DNA from: Candidatus Heimdallarchaeum endolithica
GTDB lineage: Archaea; Asgardarchaeota; Heimdallarchaeia; Heimdallarchaeales; Heimdallarchaeaceae
DNA length: 64,000 nucleotides
Reading direction: 5' to 3'
Assembly (NCBI GenBank): GCA_021513715.1
Contig: CP084167.1
Span: 544,001 to 608,000, forward strand
Below the pieces are notes generated by a model. That model did not search any database, was not told the origin of the DNA, and worked only from the letters and a program-made list of their open reading frames with translations. This document shows positions 1 through 9,255 of this stretch, one piece after another. Within the stretch, counting starts at the first letter, position 1, and each line of letters begins with the position of its first letter. Position numbers and translations under genes: made by a program.

Positions 1-431
1 ATTCAGAGGTTTTAGAATCATTAAAAAAAGAAAAATTTGATCTTGTAATCCTTGCAGCAGCTATGAACGACTTTGCAGCAGAGGAGATACCAGATGAAAA
101 AATCAAGTCAAAGTCAGAATGGGTTCTTAAACTGAAGCCTGTAGCCAAATTAGCAGACAAAATAAAAGAGATTTTACCAGAAACAACATTAGTTTTATTT
201 AAAGCAGAATATGCAAAGACAGATGAAGAATTAGTTAAAATAGCTAAACAAAGACTAGAAAAAGCTCAAGCAGACTATATTGTTGCTAACGATGTTTCTG
301 TAAAAAAGTATGGATTTGCAAGTGACCAAAATAGGGTAGCTTTGATATCAAAAAACTCAGAAAAAGTCCAATGGTTTGAAGGAAGTAAAAAAGAAGTAGC
401 AAGAAAAATACTAGAAAATATCAAAAAATAG
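1..431 (+). CDS. coaBC: Phosphopantothenoylcysteine decarboxylase/synthetase CoaBC, C-terminal part (truncated by window start)
   Basis: Frame is open from position 3 (SEVLESLKKEKFDLVILAAAMNDF). It contains the DFP-family motifs AAAMNDF, FKAE, ADYIVANDV and FASDQN. Confidence 0.85.
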   Translation, partial: SEVLESLKKEKFDLVILAAAMNDFAAEEIPDEKIKSKSEWVLKLKPVAKLADKIKEILPETTLVLFKAEYAKTDEELVKIAKQRLEKAQADYIVANDVSVKKYGFASDQNRVALISKNSEKVQWFEGSKKEVARKILENIKK

Positions 432-459
432 TAAAAAGAAAAAAAAATCATTTATTTTT

Positions 460-1191
460 TCAGTTACTTGAAACAACAGGAACTTCTGTTAGTTTATTGT
501 TTTTTCTATGGTCAATAATGAAGTTAAGCAAAAACAATACTGGTATTCCAGAATTGAATTCTAACAAACTGTCGAAAAGAATAATGGACAAACTTCCTTC
601 AATTGGTCTTATTCCTGAGATGTGTAATGTAAATTCCATTCCAAAGTGAACTAAAATACCTATTAAGAAGAGATAACCTATTCTCAAATAAGAAAAGTCT
701 TTCATTGGTTCATAGAACCATTTAACTAAAAGAATTATAAGATAGCCTATCCCAACCATCAGAATCTGTGTTAACCTTGCATTTGTCATATCTCTGTAAA
801 TAGAAATTGTGCGATCATCAAAAGGGATATATTGAGACATAAAAGCTGAAATTATCCAACCTAAATATAGAAAAACTGTCCAGAAAAAAGCTTTCTTTAC
901 ATTTTTTGATCTAATCATAATTACAGCATAAGAAAATTCTATTACTCCATAAGTAAAAGAAAAGTATAACAAGAATAAGTCAGACTGTAAGGGGGCATCA
1001 ATAACCCTTGTTCCCTTTAGATGAAGCCAAATAACATCATCTGTAAAGAAAACTACCATGAATCCGAATAGTCCAAAGAAAAATTCTCTATAGTATTTTT
1101 TCCTTAGTAAAACTAAAATCCAAATTAGACAGAATAATAAATCGAAATAAATAAAATCGAAATTAAACACTCTGGCAACAATATTATTCAT
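460..1191 (-). CDS. Multi-pass membrane protein of unknown function
   Basis: 243-aa ORF with about 7 hydrophobic segments and two similar-looking halves. Confidence 0.7.
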   Translation of the reverse strand: MNNIVARVFNFDFIYFDLLFCLIWILVLLRKKYYREFFFGLFGFMVVFFTDDVIWLHLKGTRVIDAPLQSDLFLLYFSFTYGVIEFSYAVIMIRSKNVKKAFFWTVFLYLGWIISAFMSQYIPFDDRTISIYRDMTNARLTQILMVGIGYLIILLVKWFYEPMKDFSYLRIGYLFLIGILVHFGMEFTLHISGIRPIEGSLSIILFDSLLEFNSGIPVLFLLNFIIDHRKNNKLTEVPVVSSN

Positions 1192-1332
1192 TAATTTCGA
1201 GACAATTTGTGTGGTTAATAAGATTTATCTACATTTTTATGGAATTTAATTTTTAATTAATTGTATTTGATATGTTTTTGCTGTGACAATGAATAGTGTT
1301 ATAAATTCTCTCTTTAGAGTCAAGATGGGAAA

Positions 1333-2244
1333 TTGAATAGGCAAATAGAATATCAATGTAATCAATGTAAGAAATTAAGAATGCTACTTATTTCAGATGC
1401 AATTGAACTCAAAAGTTTTATGCACGATGTCGGAACTATAGAATTTGTTGATGTTCACGAATGTATAAACAACAAAATCAAAGCATCCCTACTTTATGTT
1501 GACACTCATCACAAAGTTCGATCTCAGTGGATAATAGAAGCAGAAGAAAATGGTTATTCTGATGCTAAGTTAGGAGTAGATATGTCAATTCCAGTTACTC
1601 CAAAAGCTGATCTTCCAAAGATACAGATTGTGCCTACTTCAGATTTTGGTTCATTCAATTTAAAGGGATTTAAGATTAAAGATAAACTACGACAATGTTA
1701 TTTTTTACTTAATGAGAATTCAAAAGGAGAAAAAATTAAAGCTATATCACCTTTAAAATTCATAGAATTTGAAGCTACTATTGCTCCAGAAATAGATAAA
1801 AAAATAGCTGAACTTTGGATAAAAAGAACAGCCAAGTTGATTGAAAGTGTTCCTATTTTAGAAGAAATAGTTATTACTTTTCTTCCTTCATACCTTGATA
1901 ATTTTATTACTTTTGAACCAAAAGAAAGAGAAATAAATGAACTAGAATTACTTTTTAATTCCCCTATAAGTGTAATTTACACATCACAAAACAAAAAAAG
2001 TCTTTTTCAAGAAAATTGGAAAACTATTTGCCCAGATATAGGAAGTACAGGATATAGAATGTACTATTCAATATTGAGAGAATGCGCAGATGAACTTGAA
2101 AAATCTATTATCGATGTTTATTTCCAAATAGGCTCACAATATACATTTCCTTACTTTTTGGCTTCAATTAATGAGCTAATTTCACTAGACTTGATCTGCT
2201 TTGAAAAATTTGAATTTGTTACTATAAAACAACCAGATAATTAA
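1333..2244 (+). CDS. Hypothetical protein with N-terminal putative Zn-binding motif (CxxC...HxC)
   Basis: 303-aa ORF with TTG start; motifs CNQC and DVHEC; no family recognised. Confidence 0.65.
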   Translation: MNRQIEYQCNQCKKLRMLLISDAIELKSFMHDVGTIEFVDVHECINNKIKASLLYVDTHHKVRSQWIIEAEENGYSDAKLGVDMSIPVTPKADLPKIQIVPTSDFGSFNLKGFKIKDKLRQCYFLLNENSKGEKIKAISPLKFIEFEATIAPEIDKKIAELWIKRTAKLIESVPILEEIVITFLPSYLDNFITFEPKEREINELELLFNSPISVIYTSQNKKSLFQENWKTICPDIGSTGYRMYYSILRECADELEKSIIDVYFQIGSQYTFPYFLASINELISLDLICFEKFEFVTIKQPDN

Positions 2245-2338
2245 AAGAAATATTAAATAAACAATTGATTGTTTATTCATTTTCAAGATTTTTTTGATAA
2301 ATAGGACACATTTAAAAAGGGGAACAAAGAAAAACCCT

Positions 2339-4721
2339 ATGAAATAAAAAAGATATTTTTTCTCTACTATTTTCATAACTTTAATTGTATTTGCTGTTCC
2401 AAAAGGATTATACAAAGAGGTTGAAGCAGGATATACACAATCAACTCCTATTAACATATATTCAGATTCAGACTTAGAAAGTCATTCATTTCCTGGTTCA
2501 GGAACTGAAGCTGACCCGTATATTATAGAAAATTATAACATAACAGTTACAAGTGGATATGCTATTTTAATTAGAGCAACAACAAAATATGTAGTTATTC
2601 GAAACAACTTTATTCTGGCTTCAGATTCAGGAAATGGTATATACATTTTTTCTGGTGCAGCTAACAGTGTTCAATTAGTAAATAATACAATTGTAAATGG
2701 ATATAATGGAATTTATGTTAGTTCAGGAGGAGGAGGAATTCTGATTGAAAATAATACTGTAACAGGAGGAGAATCTGCTTATTATCTAATGACAACACCA
2801 AACATTAATTTTACAAATAATAAGGCTATTAATCCCACAAAATATGGTCTTAGAACTTATAATTTAAATTATTTCAGAATGGATAATAATACCTTAATAG
2901 GTGCAGGAATAAGTCTAAGTACAAACAGTTTGTCTTTATATCCCAATTATGATTTTGAAAATAATACTATTAATGGAAAACAATTAAAATTTTTGTATTC
3001 TGCCTCAGACCAAGTATTAGATAAAAATCAATATGGACAGATAATAATAGCAGATAGTACAAATATAACCATCAGAAATTATATTTCGAGTAAAAATTCA
3101 TTTGGTGTCTATATCTACTATTCAGAAAATATAACTATTGAAAATAGTTTCTTTTCTAAAAGCATTTCATCAATTAAATCATTGCATTCTTCAAATATAA
3201 AAATAAGAAATGTAACAATTGAAAATATGCTCGAATTCGGCTCTTATTTCGATAATTCACATGATGTTATTATAGAAGACTCTTTTGTTAATAACTCTAT
3301 TAGTGGACAATATATTAGAAATTCCTATCAGTTTGAAATCAAAAATGTCAGCTTTATGGATAATAATAATTATGGTATTTATTTATGGCACACTTCAAGT
3401 ATAAATATTACTGATTCAAACTTTTCTAACTGTAAAGATGGACTATTTTTAAAAGATTCAGAAATAATCAAATTAGAAAGCAATATATTTTCAGATTGTT
3501 ATCATTCTGGTATTTATCTCTATGTTTCAGACAATGTAATAATTAAGAATAACATTCTAAACAACTGTGGTGTGAATCTTATTCATAATAGTGTTGAATG
3601 GAACTATGAGTTTGAAAATAATATAGTAAACGGAAAGCCTTTAGGGGTATTTTACAATGAAACAGGTTTAACTATTGATTCTTCCTATTCTCAATTAATT
3701 TTAATAAATTGTACAGATTTTACTATTGAAAACGCTATTTTATCTCAAATTGAAACTGGAATTAACATTATTTATGGAGATAATATACTAATAAAAAACA
3801 CTTCTATCTACAACTTTACACAATATGGAATAAAGGTAGAATATTCAAAAAACATTGATATGCGAGAATTATACATTGATGGAGAAAATAAAGAAGTATA
3901 TGGATTGTATGCTTATAATGTTTCAACTATTTTTCTAAATCATTCAATCTTTACCCAATGTATCTATAGTTCTATTTATGGAGAAGAAGTAGCTGACTCA
4001 TTGTTTACCTATAATATCTTTAATAATAACACTGAATATACATTATATTTGTCTTATTGCACTAATCTTTCAATTTACGGTAATGATTTCTTACTTAACG
4101 TTGATGATCCTTATATTGAAGATTCTAGTGATTGTTATTTTTTATAATTCTGAATTAGAAATAGGAAACTGTTATTCAAAATGGAATGGTTCTTCTAGAT
4201 ATCCTATTGAAACAGATTATGGTTTCATTTATGATGAATTTCCAATTAATGATACAGATAGAGATCAATTAAATGATAGTTTAGAAGTATTTAATTATGA
4301 AACAGACCCATTTCTTGCTGACTCTGATGGAGACTTACTCAATGATTTCGATGAATTAATAAATTATGGAACTAATCCTAACTCTTCTGATACTGACGAA
4401 GATGGTATGCCTGACAAATGGGAAGTAGACAATAGTCTTGACCCGACTACAGATGATACTGATGAAGACCCTGATAATGATGGATTAACTAATATACAAG
4501 AATACTTGAATAACACAGACCCCAACAATCCAGATACTGATGGAGATGGGTACTCAGACTCTGAAGAAATAGAGAAAGGCTCTAACCCTACGGATAATAC
4601 AGATAAACCTCTTAATTTGGGATTAATTCTTGGTTTATCCCTTGGTATTCCAGTTGTAATTATTGCTACCTCTTTATTCATAATGAAGAAAAAAGGTTTA
4701 CTTTTCTTTAGGAAGAAGTAA
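2339..4721 (+). pseudogene. Disrupted cell-surface protein: signal peptide, NosD/parallel beta-helix repeats, Ca-binding DxDxDG (TSP3-like) repeats and C-terminal TM anchor
   Basis: ATG AAA TAA at 2339-2347 is followed by an in-frame signal peptide and FPGSGTEADPYIIENYNI that runs into ORF 2789-4147. Removing one T from the T6 run at 4138-4143 joins it to ORF 4083-4721 (DCYFYNSELEIGNCYSKW...DTDGDG...TM-KKK). Confidence 0.75.
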
Positions 4722-4766
4722 ATTTTTTTATTTTTTATTTTTCAACAAAAAGGATAAGAAAAGAAG

Positions 4767-5654
4767 TTAATAGAATTCTTTAGTTATAATTTCTATTTGT
4801 TCATCGCTTAAACCTAATTCTTCATGTGCAGGAATATATCCTTGGTTTAAGGCAAAATCTCTTTCCTCGTATGTTGTTTTGTTTTCAATTTGGTAAAAAA
4901 TTCCTATTGGCAAATGATCCCTTACAAATCTTTGATTAGCTAAATCTAGAGCCGCATGGAAATCTTCTTTGTCGTGTTCTGTTTCTTCAATTTTATATAT
5001 TCTTGCTCTAAAGAAATCAAAAGTCTGGTTTTTGTTGAAAGTTATACATGGACTAAAAACATCAACAAATGCAAATCCTCTGTGTTGTATTGCTTCTTTA
5101 AAGATATATTGTAAGTGTTTTGCATCACCGCTAAATCCTCTTGCCACAAAAGTTGCACCAGCAGAAATTGCTAAAGAAACTGGATTCAAAGGATTTTCAA
5201 TACTTCCTCTCGGGGTAGTTTTTGTTAATGTTCCAACTGGAGAAGTAGGAGAAGCTTGACCTGTTGTTAAACCGTAAATGAAATTGTTGGAAACTATTGT
5301 TATAATGTCTACATTTCTTCTACAAGCGTGTAAGAAGTGATTCCCTCCTATTCCATATATATCTCCATCCCCACCATAAACCAAAACAGTTAATTTAGGA
5401 TTAGCAAGTCTTACACCTGTTGCAACAGGAATTCCTCTACCATGTACGGTTTGCATCCCATAAACATTTAAGAAATTGGGCATATGAGAAGAACATCCAA
5501 TTCCTGAAGCTAATACAACATTTTCAGGAGGAATTTCAAGTTCAGCTAGAGCAGCTCGTATAGCTCTCCATTGAGCAAAGTTCCCACAACCAGGACACCA
5601 TGTGGGCCTAAAATCGCTTTTATAATCATCAGCTTTATATTTTCTTTCAGTCAT
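4767..5654 (-). CDS. korB: 2-oxoacid:ferredoxin oxidoreductase beta subunit (TPP-binding)
   Basis: WCPGCGN, SGIGCS, HGR, GGDGD and NFIYGLTTGQ motifs. The ATG at 5654 overlaps the alpha-subunit stop. Substrate specificity cannot be determined. Confidence 0.92.
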   Translation of the reverse strand: MTERKYKADDYKSDFRPTWCPGCGNFAQWRAIRAALAELEIPPENVVLASGIGCSSHMPNFLNVYGMQTVHGRGIPVATGVRLANPKLTVLVYGGDGDIYGIGGNHFLHACRRNVDIITIVSNNFIYGLTTGQASPTSPVGTLTKTTPRGSIENPLNPVSLAISAGATFVARGFSGDAKHLQYIFKEAIQHRGFAFVDVFSPCITFNKNQTFDFFRARIYKIEETEHDKEDFHAALDLANQRFVRDHLPIGIFYQIENKTTYEERDFALNQGYIPAHEELGLSDEQIEIITKEFY

Positions 5655-7398
5655 TTTTAACAATCTCCTTTACTTTTTCTACTATTTGGCTAGGAACAAT
5701 TAATTCTCCATCATATCTTCGTAAGTGATGCTTAATATCAAAAGCAGTTTGCATGCAGATATATCGCTGCATCTGACCAGAAAAATTCTGTTCTATTATC
5801 AACACTTCTTTTGCATTCTCTAAAATTTCTTTTACTTTTTCTTTTTGGAAGGGAAGAATATACTTAATGTGAAGATGGTTAGCTTTTATTCCTTCTTCTT
5901 CAAGATTAATTCTCGCTTCTCTAACAATATTTAGTGTTGAACCCCAAGAAACGAGTGTAATATCTGCATCTTTGTCTCCTTCAAAAATAGGTTCTGGTAT
6001 CTCTTTTGCTACTTGTTTCAGTTTTCTAGCTCTTTTTTCAACCATTGCATTTCTAATAGGTAAAGTTTCAGGAAGACCTGCTAAAGTTGATGCAATTGAA
6101 AAACCTTTTTCATTTCTTTCACTAGAACCAGTAAAATGCATACCTTTAGGTGTTCCTGGAAGTGTTCTAGGTGAAATTCCACTTTCAGTTATTTTGTATC
6201 TGAGATAATCGTCATCTACTTTATCTAAAATCCCATATCTTTTTGTTTTGTACTTTAGATTAAGTTTTCTAACTGTAGCTATTCCTTCTGATAAATAGAG
6301 ATCCATTAAAACTATTACTACCATCTGATATTTTTCAGCTAATTCTAAAGATTCTATACCCACATTAAAAGCATCTTCTATATCATTTGGGGCAATTATG
6401 ATTTTAGGAAAGTCTCCTTGACTTGCTCCATAAGCCTGGAACAAATCAGCTTGTTCAGTTTTTGTCGCCATTCCAGTTGAAGGGCCAGCACGCATGGAAT
6501 TAATTATAACTAATGGGACTTCTTGGATTGAAGCCATTCCTACAATTTCGGTCATGAGCGCAAAACCTCCTCCAGAAGTTCCTGTAGCAGCTCGCGCACC
6601 GCAGTATGAAGCGCCTACCGCCATTCCTGCTGCTGCAATCTCATCTTCAGTTTGTTTAACAATAATCCCTAATTTAGGTAAATACCTTGTGAGAAAGTGA
6701 ATAATTGAAGTAGCAGGAGTCATAGGATAACCAGAATAATACTTTAATCCTCCAGTTAAAAGACCTAAAGCTAATGCTTCATTTCCTGTAATAACCATCT
6801 GTTTTCCTTTTTCGAATTTAAGTTTTTTAGAAACTTTTTCCCAGTTATTGTTTTTGGCAAATTCTATTCCTAGGTCTAAAGCTTTAAAGTTAACTTCCAC
6901 TAGTTCTTTTCCCTTATAACCAAACTGTTCTTCCAATACTTCCTTAATAAGTTCAGTATCTAATCCTAATATATGTCCTAAAGCTCCAAACACGACAATA
7001 TTCTTAATTACAGAAAGCTTAGAAACTTGTTTTGCTAATTCTTTCATAGGAATAGGTAGTTTTTCTATTATGTCAGAAGGGTATCCTAGTTCATCTAAAT
7101 CAACATAGTCTTGATCGTAAACTATTTTCGCGTTCTCATTCACTCTTGGAAGATGTAATGAAGCAACTTGTTTATTTAATAACACTATAATATCTGCTTC
7201 TTCACCGACAGAATAGACTTTCTCGTCGCTGAATCTTAGCTGGTATTCATTGTATCCTCCTCGAATAACAGACTGGTAACTTCTAAATCCTACAAGATTT
7301 AGATTGTGTTTTTTAATAATTTTAGCAAAAAGCCAACCTAAAGAGACTAAACCATCTCCAGCACTGCCAACAAATCTTACTGAAATATCTTGATTCAT
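5647..7398 (-). CDS. korA: 2-oxoacid:ferredoxin oxidoreductase alpha subunit (fused gamma-alpha)
   Basis: GSAGDG and IRGG in the gamma domain; GNEA, YPMTP, EDEIAA, TSGGG and RAGPSTG motifs. Confidence 0.92.
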   Translation of the reverse strand: MNQDISVRFVGSAGDGLVSLGWLFAKIIKKHNLNLVGFRSYQSVIRGGYNEYQLRFSDEKVYSVGEEADIIVLLNKQVASLHLPRVNENAKIVYDQDYVDLDELGYPSDIIEKLPIPMKELAKQVSKLSVIKNIVVFGALGHILGLDTELIKEVLEEQFGYKGKELVEVNFKALDLGIEFAKNNNWEKVSKKLKFEKGKQMVITGNEALALGLLTGGLKYYSGYPMTPATSIIHFLTRYLPKLGIIVKQTEDEIAAAGMAVGASYCGARAATGTSGGGFALMTEIVGMASIQEVPLVIINSMRAGPSTGMATKTEQADLFQAYGASQGDFPKIIIAPNDIEDAFNVGIESLELAEKYQMVVIVLMDLYLSEGIATVRKLNLKYKTKRYGILDKVDDDYLRYKITESGISPRTLPGTPKGMHFTGSSERNEKGFSIASTLAGLPETLPIRNAMVEKRARKLKQVAKEIPEPIFEGDKDADITLVSWGSTLNIVREARINLEEEGIKANHLHIKYILPFQKEKVKEILENAKEVLIIEQNFSGQMQRYICMQTAFDIKHHLRRYDGELIVPSQIVEKVKEIVKND

Positions 7399-7481
7399 AC
7401 ACTTATTCGCTCTTCTAAGCTTCTAAGAGCACATAATTTATAGAGATAAAAAATCTTGCTAAATGGATATAATTTAATTCT

Positions 7482-8504
7482 GTGAGAATATTAATGTCTC
7501 AAAAATGCTTAAAATTTAAGAATAATAGTGCATATTTACATTTGGTGGTCTTTATTTCAAAAGAGAAAAATTTTAACGGGAAAAAAGAATTTGAAGATGA
7601 ATTTGATCAGTTTACAATAAAAAAGCCTTCAGTTTTTAAATGGATAATAGTAGTATTTATAACTCTTGGCTCTAATTTGCTTTGGGTTGCACTAACAGAA
7701 ATTCCTCTTACGCTATTGCTAGTTGTTGTTAGTGGAGTAATATTTTTTTCAATATTCTTTTGGTTTATAACTGGACAATGGAGTGTAAGGATACTTGTTC
7801 TTAAGAACATTAAACGTATCCATGTTGGAAAAATGGGATTCTTTCTCAAATATTCAATGAAATTTCTGGGAATGCATTTTGATAAAAATAATAAATATTT
7901 CTTAGAAAAAATAAGCTATTTAAGAGATTACAATAGTGTAAAAGAATTATTTTATGATAGACTTCTTGATCCAGTTTCATCATCTCTAGGATTAGGTTTC
8001 TTAATCATAACTTTTGTCAAACCTTTGATAACTACTGTTCCACAAGCAATGATTATTGCAAATATAGTTCTTGTTACTACTCCTTTGCTCTCAGGTTTCA
8101 TAATCCCATTCTATTGGGTGATAAAAGATTCAAGAATAAGATATATAAATGAGAAAAACGATGTCTTTAAAGCAGAAGAAAATATAAAAAATAGTACATT
8201 AAACAAATTTCTGGGTTTTTCTGGTTTTGTAGCAGGGATAAATTTCTTATTAGAAAGTTTACCAGAACATCCAGCATTTGCTCATGTCCATTCGACTTTA
8301 GTTTTATTCATACTAGCAGTAATAATACTTCTTTTCATAAGTTTAATAATCGCAGGAATAAATCTCTTTGTGGCAACGGTCTATTTAACAACTAAACATC
8401 AAAAATTAGTAAATGAATTAAGAAAAAAAATTACAAATTACATTCCTGTTGGGGAAACAAGGGTTTTATTTAATAATGAAAAAACTGAAGTAATTATCTT
8501 ATAA
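7482..8504 (+). CDS. Multi-pass membrane protein of unknown function (true start probably downstream, ~7542-7554)
   Basis: About 6 hydrophobic segments; the N-terminal ~20 codons look non-coding. Confidence 0.65.
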   Translation: MRILMSQKCLKFKNNSAYLHLVVFISKEKNFNGKKEFEDEFDQFTIKKPSVFKWIIVVFITLGSNLLWVALTEIPLTLLLVVVSGVIFFSIFFWFITGQWSVRILVLKNIKRIHVGKMGFFLKYSMKFLGMHFDKNNKYFLEKISYLRDYNSVKELFYDRLLDPVSSSLGLGFLIITFVKPLITTVPQAMIIANIVLVTTPLLSGFIIPFYWVIKDSRIRYINEKNDVFKAEENIKNSTLNKFLGFSGFVAGINFLLESLPEHPAFAHVHSTLVLFILAVIILLFISLIIAGINLFVATVYLTTKHQKLVNELRKKITNYIPVGETRVLFNNEKTEVIIL

Positions 8505-8607
8505 TTTCTTTCACTTTTTTTCATTTTCATTCAATTAGGAAACAAACATTTTTTAATTTTTAACGAGAAAATTATTTGATTAATATCTATTAAATACTTT
8601 ATTTATA

Positions 8608-9147
8608 ATGTCAAATCTTCACATTTCTGTTGTTGGGGGAGAAAATATTGATAAGTCAACACTTCTCTTTAAGCTTGCTGAAGAAAAAGAATATTCAAAT
8701 ATTTTCGATCAACATGTCCAACAATACGATGAAATTGGTTTTACTCCAATGAGTATTAGTTTCAAGATAGAAAATAAATATGTCCCTTTAGTTTTTTACG
8801 AAATGAATAGTTTATCAAGATATAAATATATAAGAACAATTTATTTTAAACGAGCCAATGCTTTTATACTTATTTACGATTTGACTAATCGCCAATCTTT
8901 TGAAATTATGAAGAATCTTTATTTTAGTTCAGTAAAAAGAAAAAGAGAAGAAAAAAACATTCCTTGTTTTCTTTTAGCTAACAAAAAAGATAAAGAAAAA
9001 GAAAGAGAAGTTTCATTCAAAGAAGGAGAAAGGTTCGCTAAAGAAGAATCAATAAATAAATTTTATGAAGTTTCTTCAAATAATTCTTTTGTTTCGATAT
9101 TTGATGAATTTGCCAAATATATATTCTACTCAATTAAACAAAAGTAA
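8608..9147 (+). CDS. Divergent Rab/Ras-like small GTPase with degenerate G1 and G3 motifs
   Basis: GGENIDKST (G1-like), YFKRANAFILIYDLTNRQSF, ANKKD (G4), REVSFKEGERFA and FYEVSS (G5). Confidence 0.8.
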   Translation: MSNLHISVVGGENIDKSTLLFKLAEEKEYSNIFDQHVQQYDEIGFTPMSISFKIENKYVPLVFYEMNSLSRYKYIRTIYFKRANAFILIYDLTNRQSFEIMKNLYFSSVKRKREEKNIPCFLLANKKDKEKEREVSFKEGERFAKEESINKFYEVSSNNSFVSIFDEFAKYIFYSIKQK

Positions 9148-9255
9148 ATTAGAAAAGCTGAAAAAAAAATTACAACAACTTCATTTTAATTGCAAGAATA
9201 TTTTTTACGTTATGAATAAATTGTATAATGAACCTAAATTAAAAAAGAAAGGAAA

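Noticed and set aside
1-431. coaBC as part of the lipid-synthase locus
   Set aside because: It is about 20 kb away with unrelated genes between, and it is a universal housekeeping gene.
2345-2347. In-frame TAA as evidence of stop-codon reassignment
   Set aside because: TAA terminates many well-conserved genes in this window at the expected positions (e.g. pccB, nreA, korB).
2185-2457. Minus-strand 90-aa ORF
   Set aside because: It overlaps the end of one gene and the real 5' part of the disrupted beta-helix gene on the opposite strand; a shadow ORF.
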